A stretch of 31,924 bases of DNA from a virus (IMGVR_UViG_3300005096_000012:1-31924), one strand, 5' to 3'; positions 8,721 to 18,630 are shown, counted from the stretch's first letter. Notes: generated by a model from the sequence alone, not told the origin. A program made the numbers and translations.

Positions 8721-10046
8721 TTAAAATCCAAAGTTATAAGGGTCACCTCCTTGAGAACGTATATAAAGTTGCTTATCTTCTTGTGATAAAGCCTGAAATT
8801 CTGTAGAAGCAATTTGTTGATTAATGAATTGTTTTAACTGTGTAGCAGTCACTTTAGTAGTCGAACTACCACCACCACTTTTCTTTTTATTTTCTATTTT
8901 CAATTTAGCTACATCGAGTTTTTGCCCAATGATATCTAGTTTCATTTTTTGCTTTACTTTCTGTTGTTCCAATAAGTCTTTTGGATCTAACACCAACGTA
9001 CCCCCTCGCTGTATTGCTTCTTCAATAGAGCCAGCCTCCTGTATTGCTTTGAGTGTCAACGTATCAGCACCATTTTGTGCAGCGTTGAGAGCTAGTAGTT
9101 GTATATCTTTCCTGTCTGACTTCCACACTTCTAACTGCTTCTCTTGGGTACGCACCTGTCGTGCTTTCTCATCAAGCGCAAGTAATACTGCCTTACCTCG
9201 TACTGAGGTATCAGTTTTAATCTGTCCACGTATTGCTTCCAATCGTTGTCGTGATACTTCAAGCTGTGCCTGTAGTGGTACGAATTCTGCTTGTATCTGT
9301 CGGTCAACTAAATCAAGTGCAGAAGATATATTCCCTTGCATTGCTTCAATCTGTGCAGACGTTCCAAGTGCCTTAACGGTACGCTGTCGCTCAATCGCTG
9401 CCTGTTCACCTGTAATGGCAAACATAGGAGCAAGTCTATCCTGCGTGTTTAAGTCAGCTATTTTTGCCTGAGTATTCATGTTCCGTAACTGACTCACCAA
9501 GTCTTGAACCTGCGCTCGCTTTGCTCCTACACCACCTATCTGTTCCAGTTGCGCTCGGCGTTGCTCCTGTGAAAGTGACTTACCAGTAAGCCCTTGAAAG
9601 ACTGCTTGCTCTTTTGCAAGTTTATCTTGTAGTGCTGAGTCTTGCTTAAATAAGTCTGCATAGTTAGTAGCGAGTTGACCTACATCAACAGGTGCAGTTG
9701 TAGGTTGTGGTACTGAGTTATCAGGGAGATTGATAGCTGATGGTGGTGTATTGAGTGAGTCAATCGGTACTGTCCCTAAATTTTGATTGAGTGGCGGTAC
9801 TGTTGTGGTAGGTGCAGGTGTAGAAGGTAGTGTCGCTACTGGCGGTAGTGCTTGAGTAGGTTGTCGTAACTGATTAAGTAACTGAGTATTCTGTTGCGCA
9901 GTGCCTGTATAGTTCTGTATACCTTGTTGCCCTGCAAGAGTAGCACGTGAGTTGTAGTCACTTGCTTGTCCTTGTCCGTTTAGATAGTCTACGATTGAGG
10001 GGTTATTACGAGATACTTTTTTAGTTTTATTATTTCTATGCGACAT
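8721..10046 (-). CDS. Probable internal virion/ejection protein (Gln-rich coiled coil)
   Basis: SIVDYLN...SRATLA...GIQNYTGTAQQNTQLL N-domain, Pro/Thr linker, long Gln-rich coiled coil. Confidence 0.55.
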   Translation of the reverse strand: MSHRNNKTKKVSRNNPSIVDYLNGQGQASDYNSRATLAGQQGIQNYTGTAQQNTQLLNQLRQPTQALPPVATLPSTPAPTTTVPPLNQNLGTVPIDSLNTPPSAINLPDNSVPQPTTAPVDVGQLATNYADLFKQDSALQDKLAKEQAVFQGLTGKSLSQEQRRAQLEQIGGVGAKRAQVQDLVSQLRNMNTQAKIADLNTQDRLAPMFAITGEQAAIERQRTVKALGTSAQIEAMQGNISSALDLVDRQIQAEFVPLQAQLEVSRQRLEAIRGQIKTDTSVRGKAVLLALDEKARQVRTQEKQLEVWKSDRKDIQLLALNAAQNGADTLTLKAIQEAGSIEEAIQRGGTLVLDPKDLLEQQKVKQKMKLDIIGQKLDVAKLKIENKKKSGGGSSTTKVTATQLKQFINQQIASTEFQALSQEDKQLYIRSQGGDPYNFGF

Positions 10047-10115
10047 ATTCTATTTATTATACCATTGATTAAGCACTTACCCATATAGTAACAATACCGT
10101 AATGGCTACATGTGA

Positions 10116-10304
10116 TTAGTTGAACTCTGATGTGCCATCACTGTGTATCTTCCACCCTGACGTTGCAGCTACATAGTTATAAGATTCTATTCCATTTGAT
10201 ACATTATTAAATCCCAAAGTAGTAAAACCCTCCTGAAGGTCACTAGGTGTACTCAAGTTATCTTGTGGTTCAACATATTCTTTTTTATATGTATCTTTAC
10301 TCAT
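10116..10304 (-). CDS. Small tail-tip/needle-like protein
   Basis: Start re-called at ATG 10304 (overlaps upstream stop); C-terminal IESYNYVAATSGWKIHSDGTSEFN. Confidence 0.55.
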   Translation of the reverse strand: MSKDTYKKEYVEPQDNLSTPSDLQEGFTTLGFNNVSNGIESYNYVAATSGWKIHSDGTSEFN

Positions 10305-11727
10305 TTTTATCTTTCTTATCACCAAATACATTAATTGTTTTAATTTTCACATTTCCTGCATCGAAACTCGGTATTATTTTAAGATTATCTATATCATTCT
10401 TTTTCCCTTCAAGGGCAATACGCTTCTTTACCCCATGTTTAGTAAAAGAGATAGTCCCCCATGTTGTCGCTGCTACATCGTTGTCAGCTTGTAGTTTTAT
10501 GCTCAAACTATCACCTATTACCATTGGTTCAGCTAGGATAACCTCTATACGGTTTATATCAAACTGTGAACCAAGTGGCATAAATACTGTCTCAGGTGCT
10601 ACTCCTGTAGTACCACCTACTGTGAGATTATACCGGTACAATTTTGATTGATCTGTACCGACATATATCCTATCGACTTTTGCATCATCAATAATAAGTG
10701 TTGTTGCTCCTGTTCCTCCTCCTGTAAGGGGTTCGTGGTATGAAGTAGGAAGCTCTGGCAGTATTTTACCGTATGAAGCTACTGTACCATTTTTACCTCC
10801 TCCTATAAGGAGAGCATCTGAGTACGTCCCAATAGCACCATTTTGCCCGAACGATGCAGAACTTGATAATGAACGAACTTTTACAGGTGGTGTGGAACGG
10901 TTAAATATGTATATACCATTTGGACACGTAGCATACAGTTTACTCCCAACCTTCTTTATACCAATAATATTTGACTCTGGGATACTCCACTCATAACTCC
11001 ATGAGGGGTCGTCTATTTTCCAGAAGCGTACAAGTGTACGCCCATATACACTATTATCACCTGTATTAGAAGACATACCAATCACTAAAAACTGGCCATC
11101 ATCTGATAATGCGGTGATTAACATACCTTGTTCAAAATCTAGAACGTTTGTATTTGCTGTACCTCCACCTCCTGAATCGTATATCTTACCTATATATCTA
11201 TCATTGCCAAAATAAACAGAGTCCCACATTTTATGGACAGGATGGTAGATAGACGCAGTGATATTCCCCCATGAACCGTTAACTGTAGGTGTCCCATTTA
11301 GCGGGCCATACCTACCTATCTGTAGTAGATTATGGAAATAGTAGAGGTATTCGGCTGTTGTTCCTTTAGCAGTAAATAAGGCAAGACCATTTTGTAAATC
11401 TGTAGCAGAGAACACTGTAGTTGCATTGTTGTCTCCTGTACCTATAATGTCTATCTTAGAAACCCCAAGTGTAGTAGCTATATATGTCTCCATTACTGAA
11501 GTACCATAAAGTCTTGTCACTGAAGCTATTGGTGTACCTCCAACACCACCTGTAACCTCTGTTGCAACTGGCGATGTTTGAAGTAGTCCTACGTCTGAAT
11601 TCCCCTGAACAGGGTTTATGAAAGGGTTGATACCTTCTGCTTTATGCCATAGACCTCCTTTCTCTATATGCGAGCCAGATGCAATACCTGTGAGCCAGTG
11701 TTTTGTTGTAAGCTCAAGTATTTTCAT
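10297..11727 (-). CDS. Tail nozzle / head-stabilisation protein (beta-propeller-like)
   Basis: 476 aa beta-rich; follows the adaptor in podovirus gene order. Confidence 0.6.
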   Translation of the reverse strand: MKILELTTKHWLTGIASGSHIEKGGLWHKAEGINPFINPVQGNSDVGLLQTSPVATEVTGGVGGTPIASVTRLYGTSVMETYIATTLGVSKIDIIGTGDNNATTVFSATDLQNGLALFTAKGTTAEYLYYFHNLLQIGRYGPLNGTPTVNGSWGNITASIYHPVHKMWDSVYFGNDRYIGKIYDSGGGGTANTNVLDFEQGMLITALSDDGQFLVIGMSSNTGDNSVYGRTLVRFWKIDDPSWSYEWSIPESNIIGIKKVGSKLYATCPNGIYIFNRSTPPVKVRSLSSSASFGQNGAIGTYSDALLIGGGKNGTVASYGKILPELPTSYHEPLTGGGTGATTLIIDDAKVDRIYVGTDQSKLYRYNLTVGGTTGVAPETVFMPLGSQFDINRIEVILAEPMVIGDSLSIKLQADNDVAATTWGTISFTKHGVKKRIALEGKKNDIDNLKIIPSFDAGNVKIKTINVFGDKKDKNE

Positions 11728-12470
11728 ATAGCATTTATTTGTCTTCCACTAACACGTAGCCGTGTTGGGTTACGCTTTGTGATTGCATTATCTAGGTTGG
11801 TTTCTTTTTCTGCTATTTCTGCTGTAATAATATTTAGTAATGCTACTTTACTTTGCTTGTTTATTGCAACCCATAACTTGCTTGCATATAGAAAAGGAAG
11901 CGCATGAAACGGTTTAGGTATTCCTATTTCTTTTATTGTGTCTGTACTTACAAAGTACGACTGTTCACGCTCAAACCACACAGCCAGCCCCCCCACAAGC
12001 CCATAATTAGGCTGTGGGTATAAGTATATGTTGTTTCCCTTCTCTAGGAAATACCGAGGAATACCTACCTCGTTTGCATTTGGTTTCATTGCATTAGTAG
12101 CAAGTGGTGAATCAATAGTTAGTTGTTCTAGATCATAGAAATTAGGGTCTGTAGCTGATATACGGTATTTAACACGTGTTATATTTAGGATATCAAGTAA
12201 GTTTGCATCTTGCTTAACAGAAACTTTTTCTGACCCTGATACAATATCAAACAATCCAATAGGGCTATCAGTGTTATTAATATCGTCCCATCGTATGTAG
12301 TTTGAATACGACAATAGTCGAGGCATGATACTATCAAACCCTTGATTAATGAGCATTGTAAATGTTTTCAATAAAGTAGCATCACCACTGATTGTACCGT
12401 CCTCCATACCGCATAGAGTTTCACAGAACTGTATCCCACCGTTTTTATTTACCGTATCATTATATTGCAT
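11724..12470 (-). CDS. Head-tail adaptor / tail tubular protein A-like
   Basis: GIPRYF...IYLYPQP...IPKPFHALPFLYAS pattern typical of podovirus adaptors; synteny. Confidence 0.65.
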   Translation of the reverse strand: MQYNDTVNKNGGIQFCETLCGMEDGTISGDATLLKTFTMLINQGFDSIMPRLLSYSNYIRWDDINNTDSPIGLFDIVSGSEKVSVKQDANLLDILNITRVKYRISATDPNFYDLEQLTIDSPLATNAMKPNANEVGIPRYFLEKGNNIYLYPQPNYGLVGGLAVWFEREQSYFVSTDTIKEIGIPKPFHALPFLYASKLWVAINKQSKVALLNIITAEIAEKETNLDNAITKRNPTRLRVSGRQINAI

Positions 12471-12472
12471 GG

Positions 12473-12853
12473 TTATTTATCTTTTTTAGTTGGTGTACGT
12501 GCTTCTCGCCACTTGTCTATTTTACTAAACGACTCCTTGTACTCCCCTAGTGTGTCAGCGCAAAGGAAAACAACTTTACCGTCAACTAAGTTAGTAGTCA
12601 CTGGTACTTCAAACTCTGTAAGTTCCTTTCCAATCAATCGCTTCACGTTGCGTACAATATCAATCTTGATTTTGTTTACTTTAGTGATTAGTCCGTTCTG
12701 CTTATCAAGTAGTGCTTGGTGTTGCTTTGCAAGGCTCTCCATTTGCTTTGCCATTTCTCTACCTTCATCAACAAGTACACCTTTCTGAGTCACAAGGTCC
12801 ACTAGCTTTGTATCGTCAATAACTATTTCTCTTTCGAATTTAGATTTTTCCAT
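12473..12853 (-). CDS. Hypothetical coiled-coil protein
   Basis: 126-aa ORF packed between capsid and adaptor genes. Confidence 0.6.
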   Translation of the reverse strand: MEKSKFEREIVIDDTKLVDLVTQKGVLVDEGREMAKQMESLAKQHQALLDKQNGLITKVNKIKIDIVRNVKRLIGKELTEFEVPVTTNLVDGKVVFLCADTLGEYKESFSKIDKWREARTPTKKDK

Positions 12854-13031
12854 ATAATGCTTTAGCCGCTGAGCGACCTGTTAGACCTCTACTGATAATG
12901 TTCCCATCTTGTTCTACACTCACAATTTTACCATGTACATCTTTTATGACCTTGTCTGCTGCACTTTTTCTAGGGTCAATAAGTACACCTTCTCGTGTGA
13001 TATCTGTTGCTATTTTTACTTCTATACTCAT
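12840..13031 (-). CDS. Hypothetical protein
   Basis: 63-aa ORF after the capsid gene, AAGGA upstream, overlaps the next gene. Confidence 0.55.
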   Translation of the reverse strand: MSIEVKIATDITREGVLIDPRKSAADKVIKDVHGKIVSVEQDGNIISRGLTGRSAAKALYGKI

Positions 13032-13096
13032 ATTGATTATTTTCCTTATGTCGGGCTTCCCATAAGGAATAGAAAGCCCGAAACAATCAAGTCAGA

Positions 13097-13981
13097 CTAA
13101 ACTGCTGAAATGATTTGAATTCCTCCGCTATCTCTGTTCTCGATTACACCGTAGAGAATATCCGCGGTTACAAGAGTACCAAGATACTCCTGAATGTAAT
13201 TAGCCTGTAGACGTACTCCCATTGAATCCTTCTGCCCTGGAAGAGCAGCGGTTGCATAATGGATAGAGTCAGGGACAGCTAGCGCTCCAACATAGTCAGC
13301 TCCTACGTTTGCAGTAGTGATTCGTGTTGAGGTAATAACTGGTTGTCCGTGAATCGCTGGTGCTGCCTTTCCAGTAACTGGATTAACTGCATTAGCGTTA
13401 TTGATTGCAAGTGCGTATGCATCAATAAGCATCACATCTTCCCATAGTGTCTTAGGGTGTAAGAACCATGTTGCTTCGTCAAAGTCAGCGTTTGAAGTTT
13501 CAAGTGTTGAAATTGCTTGAAGGATAACTGCTCGACTAAGTGCAACAGTAGTTGCTCCTACAGAAGCTGAGAACCCTGCAAACAACCCTGCAACTGCATC
13601 CTCTAGTTTAGCTGCTGCGGTATAAGCTGCGTTCTTCATGTAGCGTTGCTGAGCGTTGTATGAACGCTTAACTTGCGCTGCTTCCTTATCTTCAATCAAG
13701 AACGACACTTCAAAGTGTTGGTTAATAACAAGTGTCTGTGTCGTTTCTGTTGGTGAGTTAAGTACCACCTGAGTTCCTGCTGCCTTAGCGTTTGCAGCCA
13801 TCTCTGTTACGTTTGGTGTGTAAATAGTATCTCCACCATCAGCTACTTCGTCTGAACGGTCTGTAAAGAACCGTGCCATCTTAAGTTTTGCTCGATAGAA
13901 ATCATTTACTTTTGCTCCCCATTTTTCAGGGATAATCACCGCTAAATCTGCCGCGGTGAAGTGATTTGTTCCTAATGCCAT
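13097..13981 (-). CDS. Major capsid protein (HK97 fold, P22/T7-like podovirus)
   Basis: IIPEKW, GGDTIYTP, LVINQHFEVSFLIED, ADILYGV motifs; position after scaffold. Confidence 0.85.
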   Translation of the reverse strand: MALGTNHFTAADLAVIIPEKWGAKVNDFYRAKLKMARFFTDRSDEVADGGDTIYTPNVTEMAANAKAAGTQVVLNSPTETTQTLVINQHFEVSFLIEDKEAAQVKRSYNAQQRYMKNAAYTAAAKLEDAVAGLFAGFSASVGATTVALSRAVILQAISTLETSNADFDEATWFLHPKTLWEDVMLIDAYALAINNANAVNPVTGKAAPAIHGQPVITSTRITTANVGADYVGALAVPDSIHYATAALPGQKDSMGVRLQANYIQEYLGTLVTADILYGVIENRDSGGIQIISAV

Positions 13982-14025
13982 AAAATTCTAATTGTCTAAT
14001 CTATTAAGTGATTAGCAATTCACTT

Positions 14026-14577
14026 CTACTCGTTCCACAAAGCCTTGTGTTCTGCATCAGTTAGTCCAGGGGTATCGAGAGTCTTCTTGACTACAACTTT
14101 ACCACCTCGTGAAGCTCGTAATTGAGACTTCTCTTGTTTGACTTCCTTCTCTTGCTTAGCAGTCCATACAGTGTAGTAGTCAGAGTTTACAGCTTCGTCT
14201 AGGGTTATACCTTCGATTTTAGCTATCTGTGCTACCTTATCCACTTGGTCATCTGTTAATCCTTTCGCATAGAGCTTAGCTTCTTCACGTGAAAGTGTAT
14301 CTTGTGAATTACTCTTTTCCTTTTTTACTGGTTCCTCAACTATACCAAGTTGCTTCCTTGTTACTTTGAGTTGCCTCTTAAGTCGTGCTTCTTTTGCTTC
14401 AAGAGTTTCAGGAGTTTTTACAACCTTTTCCTCTTTCTGCTCTTCTTCTTCTACTTCTTCTTCTTCTTCAAATTCATCGAAATCTTCTAGGTCAAAATCT
14501 TCTACTGCTACTTCTTCTACTGCTACTTCTTTTTCTTCTGTTGCTTCTACTGCTACTTCTTCTGTGTCAATAAACAT
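14026..14577 (-). CDS. Capsid scaffolding protein
   Basis: Very acidic N-terminus then coiled coil; immediately upstream of the capsid gene. Confidence 0.7.
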   Translation of the reverse strand: MFIDTEEVAVEATEEKEVAVEEVAVEDFDLEDFDEFEEEEEVEEEEQKEEKVVKTPETLEAKEARLKRQLKVTRKQLGIVEEPVKKEKSNSQDTLSREEAKLYAKGLTDDQVDKVAQIAKIEGITLDEAVNSDYYTVWTAKQEKEVKQEKSQLRASRGGKVVVKKTLDTPGLTDAEHKALWNE

Positions 14578-14661
14578 ATTGAGATGTTTGTTCTTAGTCG
14601 TTTATTGGAAACGATACCATAATAAATCACTTGTTTTGGTAGCGAGAACCATATCACTTAA

Positions 14662-14670
14662 ATTGTACCA
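14662..14670 (-). promoter_or_regulatory. Extended -10 promoter TGGTACAAT for scaffold/capsid
   Basis: TGnTACAAT in the intergenic gap about 85 nt upstream of the scaffold ATG. Confidence 0.55.
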
Positions 14671-14673
14671 CAT

Positions 14674-14799
14674 CTATACCTTGTCGGTATAGTGCTTCTT
14701 TACTGTGGTAGTCCCTCTTACTGTATCCATGACCTTAGTGGTCACAAGATACCGACCTTGTTTTGTTGCTTTCTTAACTTTCTTGAGTAAGTTTTTCAT
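14674..14799 (-). CDS. Small basic protein (41 aa)
   Basis: Hand-translated MKNLLKKVKKATKQGRYLVTTKVMDTVRGTTTVKKHYTDKV; TAATG overlap with the upstream stop. Confidence 0.5.
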   Translation of the reverse strand: MKNLLKKVKKATKQGRYLVTTKVMDTVRGTTTVKKHYTDKV

Positions 14800-15026
14800 T
14801 ATAATGCTTTGTTAGTTACTTCTCGCGTTTCTTTTGGCTCGAAGTTTTCTTTTAATTGGATAAACGACTTCTTGATTATCTCCCTCGTTTCTTTCACCGC
14901 TGTTGTATCTCCACCATTATAGACACGTTTTAGTGCTTCCACATTTAAGACTTCCATAATGAACTCAGACCATGCGTCTTGCATGGCTTTGTCGTTATAT
15001 AATTCTTTTAGTTTATCTCTGTCCAT
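14799..15026 (-). CDS. Small post-portal hypothetical protein
   Basis: 75-aa helical ORF overlapping the portal end. Confidence 0.65.
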   Translation of the reverse strand: MDRDKLKELYNDKAMQDAWSEFIMEVLNVEALKRVYNGGDTTAVKETREIIKKSFIQLKENFEPKETREVTNKAL

Positions 15027-16758
15027 TTGGTAAAGCTACTTGTATTTTATTTGGTGCTTGCGCCTGTGGTACGTTACCACCTGCTCCTTGCGGTTGCTGT
15101 TGTGGTACCGCTTCCGCTCCAAGTGTTGCAGAACTAATACCAGCAATCTCACCCATCTGATTAATAATCTCTCGTCGAGCAGGGTCTTCTGGTGGTAGAC
15201 TCTGCAATCGTGTTGCCAGTGCATTAAGCTCTCGCTGTGAGTCAGACATCTCACCTGTAATATCAAACCGGAGTTTCTTCTGTATCTTTTCTATAGTGAT
15301 ATATCCTTTTGGTATCTGTAGTGTTCGCTCTCCTTGGAGCATAGATAACTCTTGCTCTAGATTCACCATCTTCGGTGGAAGCACAACACCCTCCTGTGCG
15401 AGTATCATTTCGTTGTTGTATTCTGTCTGGATTACCTTATCAATCTTCTTTAATTCCATTGGTGAAAACGCTGCGGTAAGTTCATGCTCCTTGTTGATAC
15501 CATTAACAATGAACGGTAGTACCCAATCCATCAGAATCTCATTAAGGAAGTACCCATCAGTATCTCGTCGCTTATTAAAGATAGAACTTGACTGTGCAGA
15601 CTGTAGTGCGAGTGAAGCAAACGGGGTAGAAGCATGTGGTTGCTCTCCTGTAATACCTGCATAGCTTGACTGGTCACGTTGCATATTAGTAAACCAGTCG
15701 TTCATAATGTTGTTCCAGAGTGGTAGTGCTGTCGGTGCAAGTGACATAGAGTCCATGTACTCTCCTTCTTCAAGCTCTATCATTTCGCCGTTTACCAATG
15801 ACAACGCACTAGGGATATTTGTTTGCTTGTTAGTTTTGATTATTACTTTCCCTGCAATATCCATTGCATCTGCTTCTGCAATCACAGCTTCATTAATAGC
15901 TATCTGTGGCTCAAACAATTCTTGCCATACACCAACACCCCAGTCACTACCCTCAACAGCTTTACGCTTGTCGTATTTGAAACGGCTTTCCTTTAGCTCG
16001 TCATAGTGCAAGATAATAGTCTTGTCACCAATCTTTGCTCGGATAATATTATAAATAGCTGTTTGGTATTCGTCTTCCTCTGCCATTTCTTCAAAGTATT
16101 CTTTTGAGAATTCTCCTTCAATGTCCTGAACTTCAATGTCCTGACCTTTCTCCTTTACTTTGTCATGTGATAAAATAGCTTCTATTACTTTTTCTTTATC
16201 CCATACATCTGTACGCTTCATCAGTTCCATTGGTGACATCTCAAAAGAGTCCATCTTGATACCGTTTTCAATATCTCTAGCATTTACTTTTGCATAGCTC
16301 CATTGAATAGGCTCAATCAATAGTTGACGTTTGTTATCTTTGTCACGTTGTATTGTCTTCTTCATCATCACAGACCCATACTCAGTCTTCTTGCGTTGGT
16401 AGTCATCAATAACCTTCCCGAAGTTGTTGAGCTTCATCCATTTCTGTAGTTCTTTGTTGACAACCATTGAGAACGTATAGTCACCATCGAGTGCTGTTGC
16501 TTCGATAGCTTTACGGTCAATGTTCTTTGCTCGTGTTTCAAGGTCTACAATAGCATTACCAATGTTTCTAAAGCGTAACCGTTTTCCGGTTGTCTTGTCC
16601 ACCATTCCTCCAAGGTACTTCGATTGAATATACCGACCTATCTGGTCAATAGTTTTCTTGATATAAAAATCAACGTCACCCGCTGTGTTAATACTTCCAC
16701 GATTAAATAAATCAATGTGATTATCAAGCTCTGCGTTCAATTCTTTTAAGTCATCCAT
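15013..16758 (-). CDS. Portal protein
   Basis: 581 aa directly after TerL; WGVGVWQEL...QIAINE pattern and Gln/Pro-rich tail. Confidence 0.8.
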   Translation of the reverse strand: MDDLKELNAELDNHIDLFNRGSINTAGDVDFYIKKTIDQIGRYIQSKYLGGMVDKTTGKRLRFRNIGNAIVDLETRAKNIDRKAIEATALDGDYTFSMVVNKELQKWMKLNNFGKVIDDYQRKKTEYGSVMMKKTIQRDKDNKRQLLIEPIQWSYAKVNARDIENGIKMDSFEMSPMELMKRTDVWDKEKVIEAILSHDKVKEKGQDIEVQDIEGEFSKEYFEEMAEEDEYQTAIYNIIRAKIGDKTIILHYDELKESRFKYDKRKAVEGSDWGVGVWQELFEPQIAINEAVIAEADAMDIAGKVIIKTNKQTNIPSALSLVNGEMIELEEGEYMDSMSLAPTALPLWNNIMNDWFTNMQRDQSSYAGITGEQPHASTPFASLALQSAQSSSIFNKRRDTDGYFLNEILMDWVLPFIVNGINKEHELTAAFSPMELKKIDKVIQTEYNNEMILAQEGVVLPPKMVNLEQELSMLQGERTLQIPKGYITIEKIQKKLRFDITGEMSDSQRELNALATRLQSLPPEDPARREIINQMGEIAGISSATLGAEAVPQQQPQGAGGNVPQAQAPNKIQVALPNGQR

Positions 16759-16769
16759 ATTAGTTATAA

Positions 16770-18209
16770 TTATATAGCACTATTTGTTATCTTCCTAGTC
16801 CTCCCAGTCATCTGCAAGCTCCTGCGTGTCGGAGGTACAAGTGTTGTAGTACCTTTAAGTATCTCAAAGTACATTCTAAAAATGAATGTATCACTTGCAT
16901 CAGGGCTACGGCCTAGCTCCTCTTTAATCACTTCTTTTGGTATCAGTCTAAGCTTGCCATCTTTGTCAGGGTCTTTCTGCTTTATGGTTACAAGCTCCTC
17001 AGCTATTGTTTCTCTCTCACTTACCTCAGCGTTGGTCACTGCTATCTTATGTGTTTCCACTAACTCAGCTAACTTAAATCCGCACTGTGCTTTTAGGTTT
17101 GCGAAGTTCATCACCTCACGCTTAGACTCCAGACTATGATTAGTTATCACTTGGTTACGTGTCGGTTGTTTTGTTTGCAATGGTGTTGAGTTGTTTACAA
17201 ACCCTTTTACTCCCTGTAGTTGGTCAATCACACCACCTCCAATACCGTCCTCGTCAATGATGATATGTGAAAAAGGTATCTGCTCCTGTGCTGCACCATC
17301 TCGTATCAGTTGTATTGTTTTATCTGTCCCTTGCTTTTCGTAGTAGTCACGCCTGTAGCTTTCCAGTCCGTCCCAGAAGTTGAGTACAATCTTGTCACCT
17401 CCATAGCGTGCAACATCCACAGTCATATACTTCTCACCGTCCTTTGTTATCGTGTTAGTGAAGATGTCTTGTATGTTATCAAACTTCATGAGTAGCCCCT
17501 GAGTATCTTCATATTCAAAGTTTCCATACAGCAATCGTTGCACAGTTACCTTATCAGACTTCTTCAAGTTCTCGATATAGTCATTACTTACATATGGGTT
17601 ATCTGTAGCGAGTGAAGGAATAAATGCTTTGTCGTTTGTAAGTGTCCCGACTTTGTGTGGTTTATAAAATTCGTTGTACACCCAATTACGTTTCGGGTTA
17701 CAACTAAAAAACATCTTTGGTATTGTCTTCCAGTCATCTCCCTGTAGTTCTGAGAAACGACCACGCAATACTGAAATGGCCTTGCTGTTTATCTCTTGTG
17801 CTTCATCAAGGAATGCTCCAGTAAGTTCATATGACCCAAGGCGGTCATACTCTGGATCACTAGGCTCATGGTTAATATCCTTAAAGAAAACTATTGACCC
17901 ATTAGTGAATTCTGCGGTCTTACTTTGTGCATGGTATGTAAATGAATCCTCGACTCCTAACTCACGTGCTACTTTATTAAAAGTTCTTAGTGTTGTATCA
18001 CGTAAATCAGAAAAGCGTTTGCGAGCAATCAACCATGATGATTTGTTTTTACTCATCGCCTGAGTGATTATCCAAGCGCACCCGAGGTATGACTTACCAC
18101 CTCGCGCACCTCCACCATAGAGTATTTCGTTGGTTTCGTCATCCATGAGTAAAACAAGGGCTTCATACTGCCGTATAAAGGGTTTAAATTCTACAGTGCG
18201 ACTACTCAT
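16770..18209 (-). CDS. terL: Terminase large subunit
   Basis: Walker A YGGGARGGKS, Walker B FLDEAQE, SCNP coupling motif, nuclease VDVARYGGDK and RSPDASD. Confidence 0.95.
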   Translation of the reverse strand: MSSRTVEFKPFIRQYEALVLLMDDETNEILYGGGARGGKSYLGCAWIITQAMSKNKSSWLIARKRFSDLRDTTLRTFNKVARELGVEDSFTYHAQSKTAEFTNGSIVFFKDINHEPSDPEYDRLGSYELTGAFLDEAQEINSKAISVLRGRFSELQGDDWKTIPKMFFSCNPKRNWVYNEFYKPHKVGTLTNDKAFIPSLATDNPYVSNDYIENLKKSDKVTVQRLLYGNFEYEDTQGLLMKFDNIQDIFTNTITKDGEKYMTVDVARYGGDKIVLNFWDGLESYRRDYYEKQGTDKTIQLIRDGAAQEQIPFSHIIIDEDGIGGGVIDQLQGVKGFVNNSTPLQTKQPTRNQVITNHSLESKREVMNFANLKAQCGFKLAELVETHKIAVTNAEVSERETIAEELVTIKQKDPDKDGKLRLIPKEVIKEELGRSPDASDTFIFRMYFEILKGTTTLVPPTRRSLQMTGRTRKITNSAI

Positions 18210-18624
18210 GTGGCTTAATAATGTTTATAACTGTTTTAAGTTGCTCTCCTTTAGAGGTTATGTCTGTGTCAACCTTTTCTCTCATGCCATGATTACTCGA
18301 CAACATGAGTTTTGCTATAACAGGACTATAGTCCCCATTCAAGCTATGCTCTATGAGCATTTTCTTTTGCAATCGCTTAATCTTCTCTAAAGTCTCCGAA
18401 AACATTTCGTGTTTTTCAGCCCATAAGTAGATAGTTGAGTCTGCTACGTCTAAGTGTAAACCTAGTCCTTCATTAGTCGGTAACTTTATCTTAACTTTCC
18501 TTTCATAAGTATTTGATTTTTCTCCTATAGTTTTTTCAAAGTTCCAAAACTCATTACCACAATTAACAACATAATCATCGGCCCTCTTTTGAATATCCTC
18601 ATTGTATTTTGTTGGTCTAGCCAT
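18202..18624 (-). CDS. terS: Terminase small subunit (P22/Sf6-like)
   Basis: MARPTKY start, HTH LPTNEGLGLHLDVADSTIYLW, AKLMLSSNHG; overlaps terL. Confidence 0.85.
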   Translation of the reverse strand: MARPTKYNEDIQKRADDYVVNCGNEFWNFEKTIGEKSNTYERKVKIKLPTNEGLGLHLDVADSTIYLWAEKHEMFSETLEKIKRLQKKMLIEHSLNGDYSPVIAKLMLSSNHGMREKVDTDITSKGEQLKTVINIIKPHE

Positions 18625-18630
18625 ACCTAA

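Noticed and set aside
13046-13099. Stop-codon read-through extension of the capsid protein
   Set aside because: The in-frame extension ends at TAA after only 16 codons and no slippery site is evident
14440-14565. TCT/TCTACTGCTACTTCT repeats
   Set aside because: Low-complexity Glu-rich coding sequence of the scaffold (EEVAVE)
296-18390. Many + strand ORFs across the structural arm (e.g. 3800-4306, 8824-9471)
   Set aside because: Antisense shadows of well-supported - strand genes; Ser/Phe/Leu-rich with no motifs
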